Positions 25,107 to 36,823 of a stretch of DNA of 64,000 nucleotides are shown in pieces. The DNA is from Anthoceros angustus. Lineage: Eukaryota > Plantae > Anthocerotophyta. The position numbers were made by a program, and so were the translations under genes. The notes under the pieces are model-generated. The model had not been told where the DNA came from. It saw only the letters and a list, made by a program, of their open reading frames with translations, and searched no databases. The stretch is from the NCBI GenBank assembly GCA_010909165.1, contig MU008195.1, forward strand, positions 372,001 to 436,000, written 5' to 3'. Each line of letters starts with the position of its first letter. Position 1 is the first letter of the stretch.

Positions 25107-27980
25107 ATGGGCGGAGACGCCGGCCATGGATGTTCCTCCTCTCGATCTTCATCCTCATCCTGGCGGAGGGCGGAGGGACGACGAATGCACCGACCTCACG
25201 GCCCTGCTGGCCGTGAAAGCCGCGCTGGTGGATCCAACCGGGAGCCTAGTCAACTGGCAGGGGACGATCCTTGCGGCGCCGGGGCGTGGGCGGGGTAATC
25301 TGCGAGCAAAATGCGCAGGGAGTGGGAACGGTGATTGAGCTACGTCTCTTCCGCATGGGGCTGCAGGGCGTGCTGGCTCCGGAGGTCGGGAATCTGCAGA
25401 ACCTGGTGACACTGGATGTGATGTGGAACAGCATCTCGGGGAGCTTGCCACCTCCATCGGCAACCTCCCGCTCCTCCAGCTCCTGCTACTGAGCGGCAAC
25501 AACATGACAGGCCTGCCTCCCGAACTGGGCCGGCTCGCGACCCTCATCCGGCTCCAGGTGGACCAGAACAAATTCACCGGCCAGATCCCGACCACCTTCA
25601 CCAACTTGCTCGCCATCCAGCACTTCCACCTCAACAACAACTCCCTCTCCGGCACCATCCCGTCAGGCATCGGCTCTCTCCCGAACGCGATGCACCTCCT
25701 GGTGGACAACAATCAGCTCACGGGGAGCATCCCCCCCGACCTCGCCAACAGCTCCACCCTCGAAATTCTCCAGCTGGACAACAACCCCTGCCTGGCAGCC
25801 CATCCCCGAGCTCCTTCGGCGAACCTGGAAGTTCCTGGCCCTCCTCAAGCTCAGCATGCGGGGTGCCATCTCCAGGGCAACATCCCCTGGCTCCGCAACA
25901 TCCCTCCTCAAGTTCCTGGATCTGAGCCAGAACTCCCTTTCCGGCACCATCCCGGTGCTCTCCCTCCCCAACCTCACCTCCATCTACCTTCTTCCAACAA
26001 CAACTCTCCCAGGACATAGGCGGGCTAACCCTAGGCCCGCTCCCATCCCTCCAGGCCCTCTTCCTCTCCAACAACAACCTGAGCGGGTACGCGGACATCC
26101 CGTCCTGCTGGCGCTCTCCTCAACCGGCACCGGCGCCTTCCCGTCTCAACCCTGGACCTGCAGAACAACCACATCTCCGACTTCAAGGCCGGGAGAACGT
26201 CACGCTCTGGCTGAGCGGGAACCCTAGGTGTTCGGGCGACAGCGCCAATTTCGAAGACTGCAAGGTGCAGTCGGAGAGCAGCTTCCCCCAGCCAGTCCTG
26301 GACTCCGACGGCAACAACAGGACGTTGTCAGACGCGGGCGGGTGCAGCGCTCTCCTTTGCCCCGGCCAGTTCCAGTACTCCTGGGCCGTGGACGGCCAGG
26401 CCTGCAGCTGCAGGCTCCCCGTCACGCTCCGCCTCCGGCTCAAGAGCCCCAGCTTCTCCGTGTTCGCGCCCTTGGTGAGCAGATTCGAGAGCCACATCGC
26501 GGACGCCATCTCCACGGCCAGCAACGGAAACCTCCAGCTTCCCGTGGAGCTGGTGCACGTGCGGAACTATACCTGGCAGCCGGGGCCGAGGGTGGAGCTC
26601 TTCCTCCAGCTCTTCCCGAACGGAACGGAGTTCGTGGCCGCGCAGGCGGAGGTTCTGATCACGCTCTTCGCGACCTGGAAGCTCCCGGACAACAAGGTGT
26701 TCGGGCCCGTGGAGTTGATGGATTTCCTCCCCCGGGTGTACGGCGCCGCGGGGTCCCCGGGGGGCGGGTCCGTTGGGGGCAAGGGCGGGCTCGGGGCCGG
26801 GGCCGTGGCGGGCGCGGTGGCGGCTGCGGTGCTGGGAACGGCGGGGCTGGCGGGGCTGGCCGGGGCGTGGTACGTGAGGAGGAGGAAGGAGAGGGAGAAA
26901 CGGGCGGCGCCCGTCAGGCGCGGCCTGCTGGGCGGCGACCGCAGCAGCGTGCAGATCACGGGCGTAAAGGAGTTCACGTTCCAGGAGCTGAGCGATGCGA
27001 CGGAGGGGTTCAGCGACAAGCGGGGGATCGGGCGGGGAGGCTACGGGAAGGTGTACCATGGGGAGCTGGCGGAGGAGGGGCAGGTGGCCATCAAGCGCGC
27101 GCAGGAAGGGAGCTTGCAGGGAAGCCGGGAATTCTACACCGAGATCGAGCTGCTGTCGCGGGTGCATCACCGGAACCTGGTGAAGCTGGTTGGATACTGC
27201 CATGACCAGGGGGAGCAGATGCTGGTGTACGAGTACATGGAGGGGGGAACGTTGCGGGATAATCTGTCCGCGAAGCCGGGGCTGGATATGGTGACGCGGC
27301 TGCGCATTGCGCTGGGGAGCGCCAAGGGGATCGCGTACCTGCACAACGAGGCCAACCCGCCGATCTTCCACCGGGACATCAAGGCCACCAACATCCTGCT
27401 GGACCGTAAGCGGAATGCCAAGGTGGCGGACTTCGGGCTCTCGAAGCTGGCGCCCGCGCCGGAGCAGGAGGGGTCTGGGCCGGGGTATGTGTCCACTGTC
27501 GTCAAGGGCACGCCCGGGTACCTGGACCCCGAGTACTTCCTCACGCACAAGCTCACGGACAAGAGCGACGTGTACAGCTTCGGCGTCGTGCTGCTGGAGC
27601 TCATCACCGGGCTGCATCCCATCTCGCACGGCAAGAACATCGTGCGCGAGGTGAAGACGGCCTATGACTCCGGCCAAGTGCTGCATGTAGTGGATGCCCA
27701 GATGGGGGCATACTCGTCCGAGGTGCTCCAGCCGCTGGTGAGCCTGGCCATCAGCTGCTGCCAGGACGACCCCGACAAGCGGCCCTCCATTCTTGAGGTG
27801 GTCCGCGACTTGGATGATATATGGCGCACAATGCCCTGGGATGTGTCCACGGATATCGAGGCTTCAGCAGGTCTGCAGGCTAAGCCGCCTCGCCACCGCA
27901 GTCAAGATGAGAACTCCGACAACTTCAACCACACCGACGTGCTCCTCAGCGGCACCGTTGTCGACGTCGTTCCTCGCTAA
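25107..27980 (+). CDS. LRR-VIII-1 RLK copy 3 (parental A type)
   Basis: A 571-aa open frame (26265-27980) holds the ectodomain, TM and complete kinase (GxGGYG, VAIK, HRD, DFG). The 5' LRR part has a few 1-bp indels. Confidence 0.92.
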
Positions 27981-28317
27981 CCTTCTGCTGAAACCGGCTC
28001 CACCAATGTGGGGAGTTGTGGAACGGGTAGATGTGCCGGCCAGCGGACCATACTGTATTTGTACTTCCAACATCTCGCACACATAGGACTGCCACAATCC
28101 CAATTGCGGATCGCTCGAGCTGTCGAACAACTGCTGAATTGCCCGTTTTGCGACCCTACTTGTATGGAACATTTGGACGTAAATGCAAGACAGCGCGCTT
28201 TGTAACAATCCTTCGCTAAACTCTCAGAGGAACGGAAGACTGGCAATGTGACCTGTTCGCAGTAAAAGGCGGCACTTGACGAGAAAAATGGTCTCACAAA
28301 TCACGCGCTTCCAGCCT

Positions 28318-28400
28318 GGTGTCAGCTAAAAGACATGCTAATGTGTTGATCATGGCGGCCAAGCCAACTCGGATTAACTATTGCTTTTGCATCATCCACC
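28318..28400 (-). ncRNA. Degenerate U80-type snoRNA
   Basis: Terminal stem and C and D boxes kept. D guide lacks 6 nt (GGAGCG), D' guide is mismatched, and C' reads ATGATCA. Confidence 0.65.
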
Positions 28401-29045
28401 AAGAGCATAGACGAGCTGACATCAGGGAAGGAGAGGCCAACACACACACACATGTGAAATGACTATATCTTCAGGCCGACGAGGCCGACCGGATGTATGA
28501 AGCTCTCCAAGAGGGAGCTTCACCCACCGTCACACACATCCCCAGCAGCAAAGGATATCATACATGACGCTGGCGCCTGTAACTGATTCTGAATGCAGAT
28601 ATTTTGCGCTAGAAAAGCATGTTGCAGTACGTTATTCATCGTCTGCCACGACCATAAGACAGTGATGACTCAACTGTTACCTGCATCGATATGTGCCCAA
28701 TCGGTTACCTTAACTCATTCGCAGAGAGTTAAGGTGCAGATCTGGCAGCCCTACTGAACACACCAGAAATTGCCAAACAGCGCCGAACAAGATCTACTCC
28801 GAAAATGCGCTAGCCTCTAATTGCAGGATACACTGCGCAATTCGGTGAAAAAACCATTTAGTACTGAAAACAAAAGAAGCTCCATCCCACTCCCATCCCT
28901 GACAACTTTGTCACTACATCATGTTAGAAACCTTCCTTCCGCAATCGAGACACTCGAGTAGCCTCAGCTGCGCCACAGCCAGCGACAGCTCCTTCGCGTA
29001 GGAGGGTATTCGTTATCTTCATAGCGCACTCGTTGTGCCTCAAAA

Positions 29046-29162
29046 CTAGCTGCCACCTTCGTACTTAGGATCCGCCGTCACGTAGTGATAGAAAACCACC
29101 AACACAAAGATGGTGATCCCCAAGAAGTTGGCCAAAAAACCTAGGTCTTGGTCGTCAATCAT
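29046..29162 (-). CDS. OST4: Oligosaccharyltransferase subunit 4 (38 aa), intact
   Basis: [38 protein letters not shown]. The ATG directly follows an acceptor (ATGCAG|ATG) of a likely 5'UTR intron at 29163-29333. Confidence 0.93.
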   Translation of the reverse strand: MIDDQDLGFLANFLGITIFVLVVFYHYVTADPKYEGGS

Positions 29163-29619
29163 CTGCATATGGCACAAACGATCGACAATCAGCTCACACG
29201 TCCACACAACCGACCAACAGGGCCTTCGCACTCTGAAAAACATCAAACGTATCGACACCGGGCCCCCATGGACCCGCCAGACCACGGCCAAGGAGCACTA
29301 CAAAGAAATATCACACTCGCAGTGCAGATCTTAACCTTGCCGGTAGAACCCTTGCCTTCTCGGGACCGTCCGCATAGGTCGGGCAAGAACCAGAGCCTCA
29401 GAGGTAGTCGCCGCAACAAACAAAAAGAACCTTGCTGCTGCCCTAACCTACCTCAGGCCGGCCCGTATATGTTCTGGTGGCTACTTCAACTGGTGATGCA
29501 TCGTAGGTATGTGATTCATGTGTCCTTCCTTTCCAGGACTTTAAAAATTTCTTGATTAGGTTAACAGAGTTTCTTGACGCGGGGGCCTGAGCGAGAAGCA
29601 TCCAGAGCAGGGAACCATG

Positions 29620-31820
29620 TTGATTCTTGTCTTGAATGCCCTGAGTCGCGATGCGTGCTCCCCGTCGGAGTCGAGGTCTCACAGCAGACCAGGTGCCGCT
29701 GCTTCATCCAATGAAGCCATCACCCGGAAATGGCTTAAGATAACAGGGCTGGGGCTGCCAGGAGGGAAGGACAGCGCTGCTGTGGCTGCCATGATTCTCT
29801 CCAACACCACTTTGAACTTTCTCCATGTAACCAGCTTTATCGTGACGCGGGGGCTGTAGGCACTGCCTCAGAACGGCAGCATCACGGAACTTTAACTGCT
29901 CCACCAGCATTCCCTGGATGAGGAGGAGGTGGATCCTCAGCTGCTGTCAGTCCTGCAGGAGTGCATCGCTGCAGGTGCTGACACTCATGTTTGACAAACC
30001 CTACGGGACGAGCAACTTCACCAAGGAGTTGTTCCAGGGGTTGGAGCAAAACAAGCCTTGCGTCAAGAGGCTGGTGCCGGTTGGCTGGGAGAGGCCTGAA
30101 CTTCGAACTAACTGTGCTCTGAATCACTTCGAACTTGGCAGATTCTTCGTCACACGCGGATTGGGAGCGTTAGCTGAAAACAACACCATCACCATACCTC
30201 ACACGCAGCATTCGAAAGATGATGACATGGATCGTAGGCTGATCACCATCCTTGAGGGGTGCAAGACTGTTCAGGAGATGCGGCTTGAGTTCCTCGAGCC
30301 CTTTGCTTCATCCGAGTTCACCAGGACCTTTTCCCAAGGGTTGCACAACAACAGCAGCATCAAGGCGCTCGTATTGGATGGCTCGGATGGCCTTGATGAC
30401 CACATGTTCCACGACTTGATGATGTTTCTTGGACCTAACTCCAACAACGTTTTGGAGAACATTCCCAGCTCTGGCTTGAGGTAACCGGGCTGCCAGGAGG
30501 CAAGGATAGCGCTGTGGACGCTCCAGGGCTCGCTGAAGCTGTGGCTGCCATGCTTGCCTCAAACACCACTTTGGTGTTCCTCAGGGCATCCGACTTTTTC
30601 TGTGTCGCGCGGGTTGTGGGCACTGCCTCACAACAGCGGCATCACCACACTTCAACTGGTCCACCACCATTCCTCTCCTCGGGAGGAGGAGCTAGATCCA
30701 TCCGCTGCTGTCAATCCTGCAAACTTGCATGAAGCTGCAAGTGCTGGAGCGCACGTTTGAGAAACCCTACGGGCCAAGCAACTTCACCAAGGAGTTGTTA
30801 CAGGGGTTGAAGCTCAACAACCCTCCCGTCAACTAGCTGGTTTTGGATGGCTGGGATGGGATGGGATGGGCTGGGCTGGACGACCACATGTTCCAGGACC
30901 CGATTCGATCTCTGTCCACCAACACCAACCTGGAGCACATCTGTATCACGGAATGCTCCTCGGAAAAGCAAGGCAAAGCCCAACATTTGGCGAAAGCGTT
31001 GAGACATGCGAGACTGAAGCCACCGCTGCTTGCGTTGCTGGCAGAGCCGGAGTCCGAGTCCCCAGCGCTGCAACGACTCCCATCTGACGAGGACCTGTGA
31101 GGGAGCTACTCCGATTGCCAATGACAGAACGGGGAGTGCCAACACTGCGGGGAGCTCTTCGTGTGACGAGCTTGATCTGCAGAATTTGGCAGAAAGAGCT
31201 TTTATTTGAGCCGTCGTCGAGAGATCTTATCGCTCATTGGACTTGCTGGATTTGCAAAATGTGGGATTGAGTGCAGAGGGAGTGGGTGATATCGCTGCCG
31301 CCCTTGGATGCAATGGCACCCCACGACGGTCCTTCGAGTGGGATCTACGGAGGCGATGGCGCTCTTGGGAGACCTAACATCCAACGCAGTACTGTCCAGA
31401 ACGTATGGATGGGAGCGGCTGCGATGGTTTTGGAACAGGTGAAGTACGCAGTGCACTCCACCGCTACCTTGCGATCCTGCCACACCTTGCAACATCTAGA
31501 TATGTCATACACTGGCCTGACTGCCGATGGACTGGGTCGCACAGTTGCAGCCCTGCGGCGTAATCCCAGCACGGTGCTCCGCGTCTTGTATCCTTCTGGA
31601 AACACGAGTATGGCAAAAGGGACTGGAGCCGGACACCTGGCTGAAATCCTTACCACCACTCCCGTACTTCGCAGCCTGGGGTTTTGGGATATGGGGATGG
31701 ATGTTGCGGGAGCATTGTTGAGAGGGAATGCTCTGGCACGAAACACCACACTTCAGTGCCTCACTGTAGGATTTAGAGTGTGGAGCGCAGAGCAGGCAGG
31801 GATGACGACCAAGCTGTGAT
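29620..31820 (+). pseudogene. RNI-like (NLRC3/TORNADO1-like) LRR gene remnant with an internal duplication
   Basis: AVAAM(I/L)xSNTTL, LHNNSSIKALVL, TLQHLDMSYTGLTADG and LARNTTLQCLTV motifs, broken by stops and frameshifts. Confidence 0.6.
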
Positions 31821-32256
31821 CCCAAGCATTCACCCCTGGTATGGCGGACGCAAAGCAGGAGGCTAAGATTTGGAACTTATTAATTTTTTCACACAAAACA
31901 TCTCACAAAAAGACTTATTTACTGGCTCAAGTTTATTGCTTCCAATTTACCACTAGCTCAAACCGTAAAACTTCACATTCAGGACTTGTTTACTGACTCG
32001 CGATATCCTTGGTGATGGTAAAACCTTACATTCATGTACTTTTAATAATTCGTAAGAAGTTCAAAGGCGATAGATATTCCATTGCAACACGTGACAAAAT
32101 GTCATTGGTGAAGCACAAATTGAAGGGTATGGTGAAAATATCCACACTACATTTTAAACTAGATGCATTTAAGCATTTGCACCATTTATCGAGATTTTAG
32201 TCTATTATCGATCAATCTAATTGAATCTATCTATCATTTAGTTTCTTGTCCGTCTC

Positions 32257-32652
32257 TTACTCATTAAAATATACACAAGGTATGGAAGGCAATGTTAAAG
32301 TACGCACAAGATTCATGTCAATTTTGGAAGTTATATCATGAAACATGTCCCATGGTATATTTGAATCTTGATAGTAGAGTTCATCATTTCGCCAAACTAT
32401 AGGTTCACATAACCAACAACATGTATATGGACTATGTTCAGCTGGTAAAATCTCGACATCAGTAACCAACCCTCGTTCCAGGCATGCATTGATAGATGAG
32501 AGGTGATTATTTGGCTCCCATGGATTGGTACTGCCATTATATTTTGCAGTTGCTCTCTTTGTCATGGGATCCCATTTCCATGTTCCCTCACTGTGGTTTG
32601 CAAGATAAGATTCCATTATAATCATCTGGACATCAATTGGAAGGTTGAGCAT
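32257..32652 (-). CDS. 131-aa orphan with an F-box-like N-terminal motif
   Basis: Starts MLNLPIDVQMIIMESYL (LP.E/D...I...L pattern); intronless and AT-rich. A truncated, frameshifted copy lies at 34952-35260. Confidence 0.45.
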   Translation of the reverse strand: MLNLPIDVQMIIMESYLANHSEGTWKWDPMTKRATAKYNGSTNPWEPNNHLSSINACLERGLVTDVEILPAEHSPYTCCWLCEPIVWRNDELYYQDSNIPWDMFHDITSKIDMNLVRTLTLPSIPCVYFNE

Positions 32653-32881
32653 ATGGGAAGTCTGTTAAAGGTCAGAAGAAGTTAGAGCATGATAAAATTA
32701 TAGCAATGGAATACTTTTCATATGACAAACAAACATTTGAAATCAATCTAGGAGGTTACAATAAAAAAAACATATTACTTACAAAGTTGGATTCTTTGTT
32801 GGAAGACATGGCGCCTTGCTCCAATAGATATGCAATATAGATATCACTCGGAAGGAAGGCGTGTATAGATCACTAGATCAG

Positions 32882-33730
32882 TGATGTTGTTTAGCAAGGG
32901 TCGTTAGGCAGCTATAGATTTATGCAGCATAGAGCAATATTTAGAGCAATATTCAAAAACTCTGTACGACAAGTAATAAAATTATAGCGTAGAGAAATAT
33001 TTAAAAACCAATACAAAAAGAAAAGTAATAAGATCACTATAGCGTTGATGTTGTTTAGCAAGGGTCGTTAGGCAGCTATAGATTTATGCAGCATAGAGCA
33101 ATATTTAGAGCAATATTCAAAAACTCTGTACGACAAGTAATAAAATTATAGCGTAGAGAAATATTTAAAAACCAATACAAAAAGAAAAGTAATAAGATCA
33201 CTATAGCAGTGATGTTGTTTAGCTTTGATTGGTTAGGCAACTATACATTTACTTATATAGCATAGAGCAATATTTAAAAAGCCATACAACAAGGAAAGTA
33301 ATAATACCAGTTAGGGAATGATGCATATATAGCATAAAAAATCTTAAAAACGATCCACTGGTTAGGCAACTATACATTTATTTATATAGCATAGAGCAAT
33401 ATTTAAAAAGCCATACAACAAGGAAAGTAATAATACCGGTTAGGGAATGATGCATATATAGCATAAAAAATCTTAAAAACGATCCACCAAAGAGAGTAAT
33501 GATATCCGAGACATAATGTTCCATATATAGCAAAACATGTTTAGCTATGATTGGCTAGGCAGCTATACATTTATTTATATAACGTAGAGCAATATTTAAA
33601 ACCCATACATCAAGGAAAGTAATACTACCCATAAGAGAATGATACATATATAGCATAAAAAATCCTAAAACCCATCCATCAAGGACAATAATGATATCCG
33701 AGACATAATCTTCCATATATAACTAAAAGC
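32882..33730. repeat. Compound minisatellite (164-bp units, then 129- and 193-bp variants)
   Basis: TGATGTTGTTTAGC at 32882, 33046, 33210. GG(T/C)TAGGCA(A/G)CTATAC at 33231, 33360, 33553. Confidence 0.9.
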
Positions 33731-35234
33731 ATTCATTTTTCCCCGCTCCATCTCGTCGCTGAGACTTGGACACCTCCTTCTCCATAGCCTCTAATACTTC
33801 TGCCCGGCGTGCTGTGCTCATGAGCTCCCTGGTGAGTCGCTGCACCTCCATTCTCCACCCCTAGCACAAGACGTCCCTCATCTTGGCAGCTTGCCTCCTC
33901 CCGCAAGGCTCTTACCTCTTGCTCCCGCGTCTCAAGCATTCGCTCCAATGGCCAACATTCGCTCCAATGACCTCGTCAGCCTCCTACCAGCTCGTCCGGA
34001 GTCCTGTAAAGTATATTATGCAGAGTTGTAAAATTGGTAGTTTAGGAGTGGGGTTGTAGGTGAGGTTGTGAACATAATTTTTTTTTTTTGTGAGGAGTGG
34101 GGAGATGGGGGTGTCATGCCATGAATTGTAACCACTAGCAAGACTAAGTGGACACATAAGCAGTAAAGGAGCGAGCGAGGGATACCGTTGACACAAGGCA
34201 TAAGCCATGTGTCAAGACTGATGAATGAGCCCATGTGGGCATGGAATGCATGTATGTATGTGTCATGCATGTGGATGCTATGTGTATGTGCAGTGGCATA
34301 CATGAGCCATGTATGTCTCTTTGACGCATGTAAGGACTGATGATATAGCACACATAGGAGAGGTTCATCTTTTTATATACTCTTAAACATCACAAATATA
34401 TATAAAAGGGACTCTAGGACCAAGGACCTAGGAAATAAGGGGTTATTTCCAAATAGGCATTATTACCAAGGGCGAAGGACTTAATAGCTATGTTACCTAG
34501 GTGCAAAACGATATTTCCATTGATCATCAGGAAGTTAAGCTGCGCGCATCAGCAGGAGATGGGAGGAGCCAGGGCAATATGTATATGTAGAGCAGCACTC
34601 CAAAGCTTTAGTGGATTGTTGATGTTTGTCTAGTAAAGAGGCGGCTATACTTCGTCTCTACGCTGATCATTGTTTTTTTTGCAACTGTTTGGGATCGATC
34701 ACATTCTAGTGCACAAGTCCAAGATTCGAATCATGCTGGATCTCTCACACACGCACACGGGGCCTACTTATGGAATAGAAGACCTATGGTATGAACTTCT
34801 GAAAATCCTTCCATGGGATTCTAGACTTTAAAATCTACCTCTAAATATCAACTTTGCTTGAAATGACTTGGCTATGTAAGGCAGCTTGCATAATTTATGC
34901 GATGTAGTCTAGGAAATCTATTTATCTATCATTTAGTTTCTTATCCGTCTCTTACTCATTAAAATATATACAAGGTATGGAAGGCAATGTTAAAGTACGC
35001 ACAAGATTCATGTCAATTTTGGAAGTTATATCATAAAACATGTCCGTTTGAATTTTAATAGTAGAGTTCATCATTTCGCCAAACTATAGGTTCACATAAC
35101 CAACAACATGTATATGGACTATGTTCAGCGGGTAAAATCTCGACATCTGTAACCAACCCTCGTTCCAGGCATGCATTGATAGATGAGAGGTGATTATTTG
35201 GCTCCCATGGATTGGTGCTGCCATTCTATTTTGC

Positions 35235-35358
35235 AGTTGCTCTCTTTGTCATGGGATCCCACCACATTGTGATTGAAAATTGAAAGATCATTCTATTTGC
35301 TCTCTTTGTCATGGGATCCCACCACATTGTGATTGAAAATTGAAAGATCATTCTATTT
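35235..35358. repeat. 60-bp tandem duplication
   Basis: TTGCTCTCTTTGTCATGGGATCCCACCACATTGTG... repeated at an exact 60-nt period. Confidence 0.9.
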
Positions 35359-36823
35359 CCCTGTTGCTCTCTTTGTCATGTGGTGGCCACTCCCTCGCCC
35401 ATGAAACCTGCAACAACGGAGGCCAGTTACTTCTGGAATAATCTGCAATGTGATCCCCTCAACCATCACGGCCAGAAATTCAGAACCTGCACGTTGCCGC
35501 TGCAAGCACTGCTTCAGGGTCCCCAAGCTTTGCAACTGAGTGTTCAACTTGGTCGCCTCAGCTGATTCATGCCGAATCTGAACAACCTCCTCACTCAACG
35601 CAAATGTGTGATAAACTTGTTCCATTCATTCGTTCATGACTGCTCGTCGAACCCGCTGGTGGAAGATGCAAAGGCATAGTTCACACATACATCGGAGTTG
35701 GCTTTTGCCGCCATGATGAACACCGCAGCATGCCTTCCGCTGCAAGGTGGCACCAGAAGCTCACGATGTTGCGATTTGTGAGAGTGCTGAACAGTTGAGT
35801 CACTTGTGGATTTCACTGTTGTGATTGCAGATTGTTGTCCATAACCTGACAGGCATTGCTACAGCGTATGGTGGGTGACGCCTGGCGAGCAGGCATTTGC
35901 CAGGAAAGTTCTGCAAGGCCGGACAGGAGGGGGTTGTTAACTCGGTTGTTGCAACTGTTGAGAAGGCCGTCCTGCCGCCGTGAGCCGTCCTGCCGACGTG
36001 AAGTGTAGGAGACGACTCCAACCAACTGGTCCAGAGGTTGAAAGGCCCCGCCCTTGCCTCTGTGATGTCCGCCAACATTGTGCTTTGATTTTTTCTCCGC
36101 TCTCGCCTCCTGCGCCCACCTTTTGCACTCGTTGTCAACTGAACCTCGCAAAAGATTGCGAAGCAACACCGCATCCAGCTGTTGCAGCGGCGAGGTCTGG
36201 GACTCTGTCCCGCAGCTGAAGCGGCTCTCATGAGACACGCTCCCGGTGCAATTCTCCAATTGGGCTGCCGCTACACCTACCTCTGCAATTCTCGAATTGG
36301 GCATGCATCCATCATTCCCGGGGTGCAAGTGGAGTGAAGTCCGTTGAGGAAAAGCAGCATATGTCTAGGAGGAACCTCCTGGTACGATGTTACGTGCTTT
36401 TCTGGGAAGCTTGTGCGCATGCGTTCGGAAGCTTTTCCTTTCAGCCCTCCCATTAGAGGGCTTGTAACAAGTGTATTTGGTCTGTTGGGCTGATTTGGGT
36501 GTATTGGGCAATAGTAGCTAGCTGTTGCCCAAATGTTTGTGTTGCCTGAAGGGGAGCTCGTGGGGCAATGCGAGTTACCTCTTCTTTTTGGCCTCAATGG
36601 AAGCTACCTCTTGTTGTCCGCCCTTCCTTCAGCTAGCCCTTGTTGTCCGCTCTTCCTTCAGCATTATTTCCTCTTTCTGACATGTTTCTCTTTGACAGCA
36701 AACAAGCTTCGGCTCTCTTCCTTCTTGGGAAGCTTCTTGGAAAAGGATTTTCTTGGGAAGGGAGTGAGGACAGGAATCAGGAATCTGGTTCGTTGTTTTT
36801 TTTGTCAAAGGAGAGGAAGCGTC

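Larger units (their letters stand above)
31860..35360. mobile_element. Second AT-rich TE-like island with an orphan ORF, minisatellites and captured fragments
   Basis: Sharp AT shift, direct repeats at about 32222-32575 and 34915-35260, tandem arrays, and a GC-rich coiled-coil fragment at 33733-33960. Termini not defined. Confidence 0.4.

Noticed and set aside
26328-27686. 452-aa minus-strand ORF (also 13158-14423, 845-1876 and similar)
   Set aside because: Antisense shadows of GC3-rich RLK coding sequence; no independent motifs.
28716-28724. CATTCGCAG (U14 domain A-like), with AACCTTCCTT near 28929
   Set aside because: Not followed by GGATGTCTGA, no C/D frame, about 200 nt apart, and not conserved in the paralogous modules.
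31860-34460. Terminal inverted repeats for the second island (31867-31970 vs 34020-34110 or 34435-34455)
   Set aside because: Only short patchy matches (for example ATTTGGAA), within chance for AT-rich DNA.
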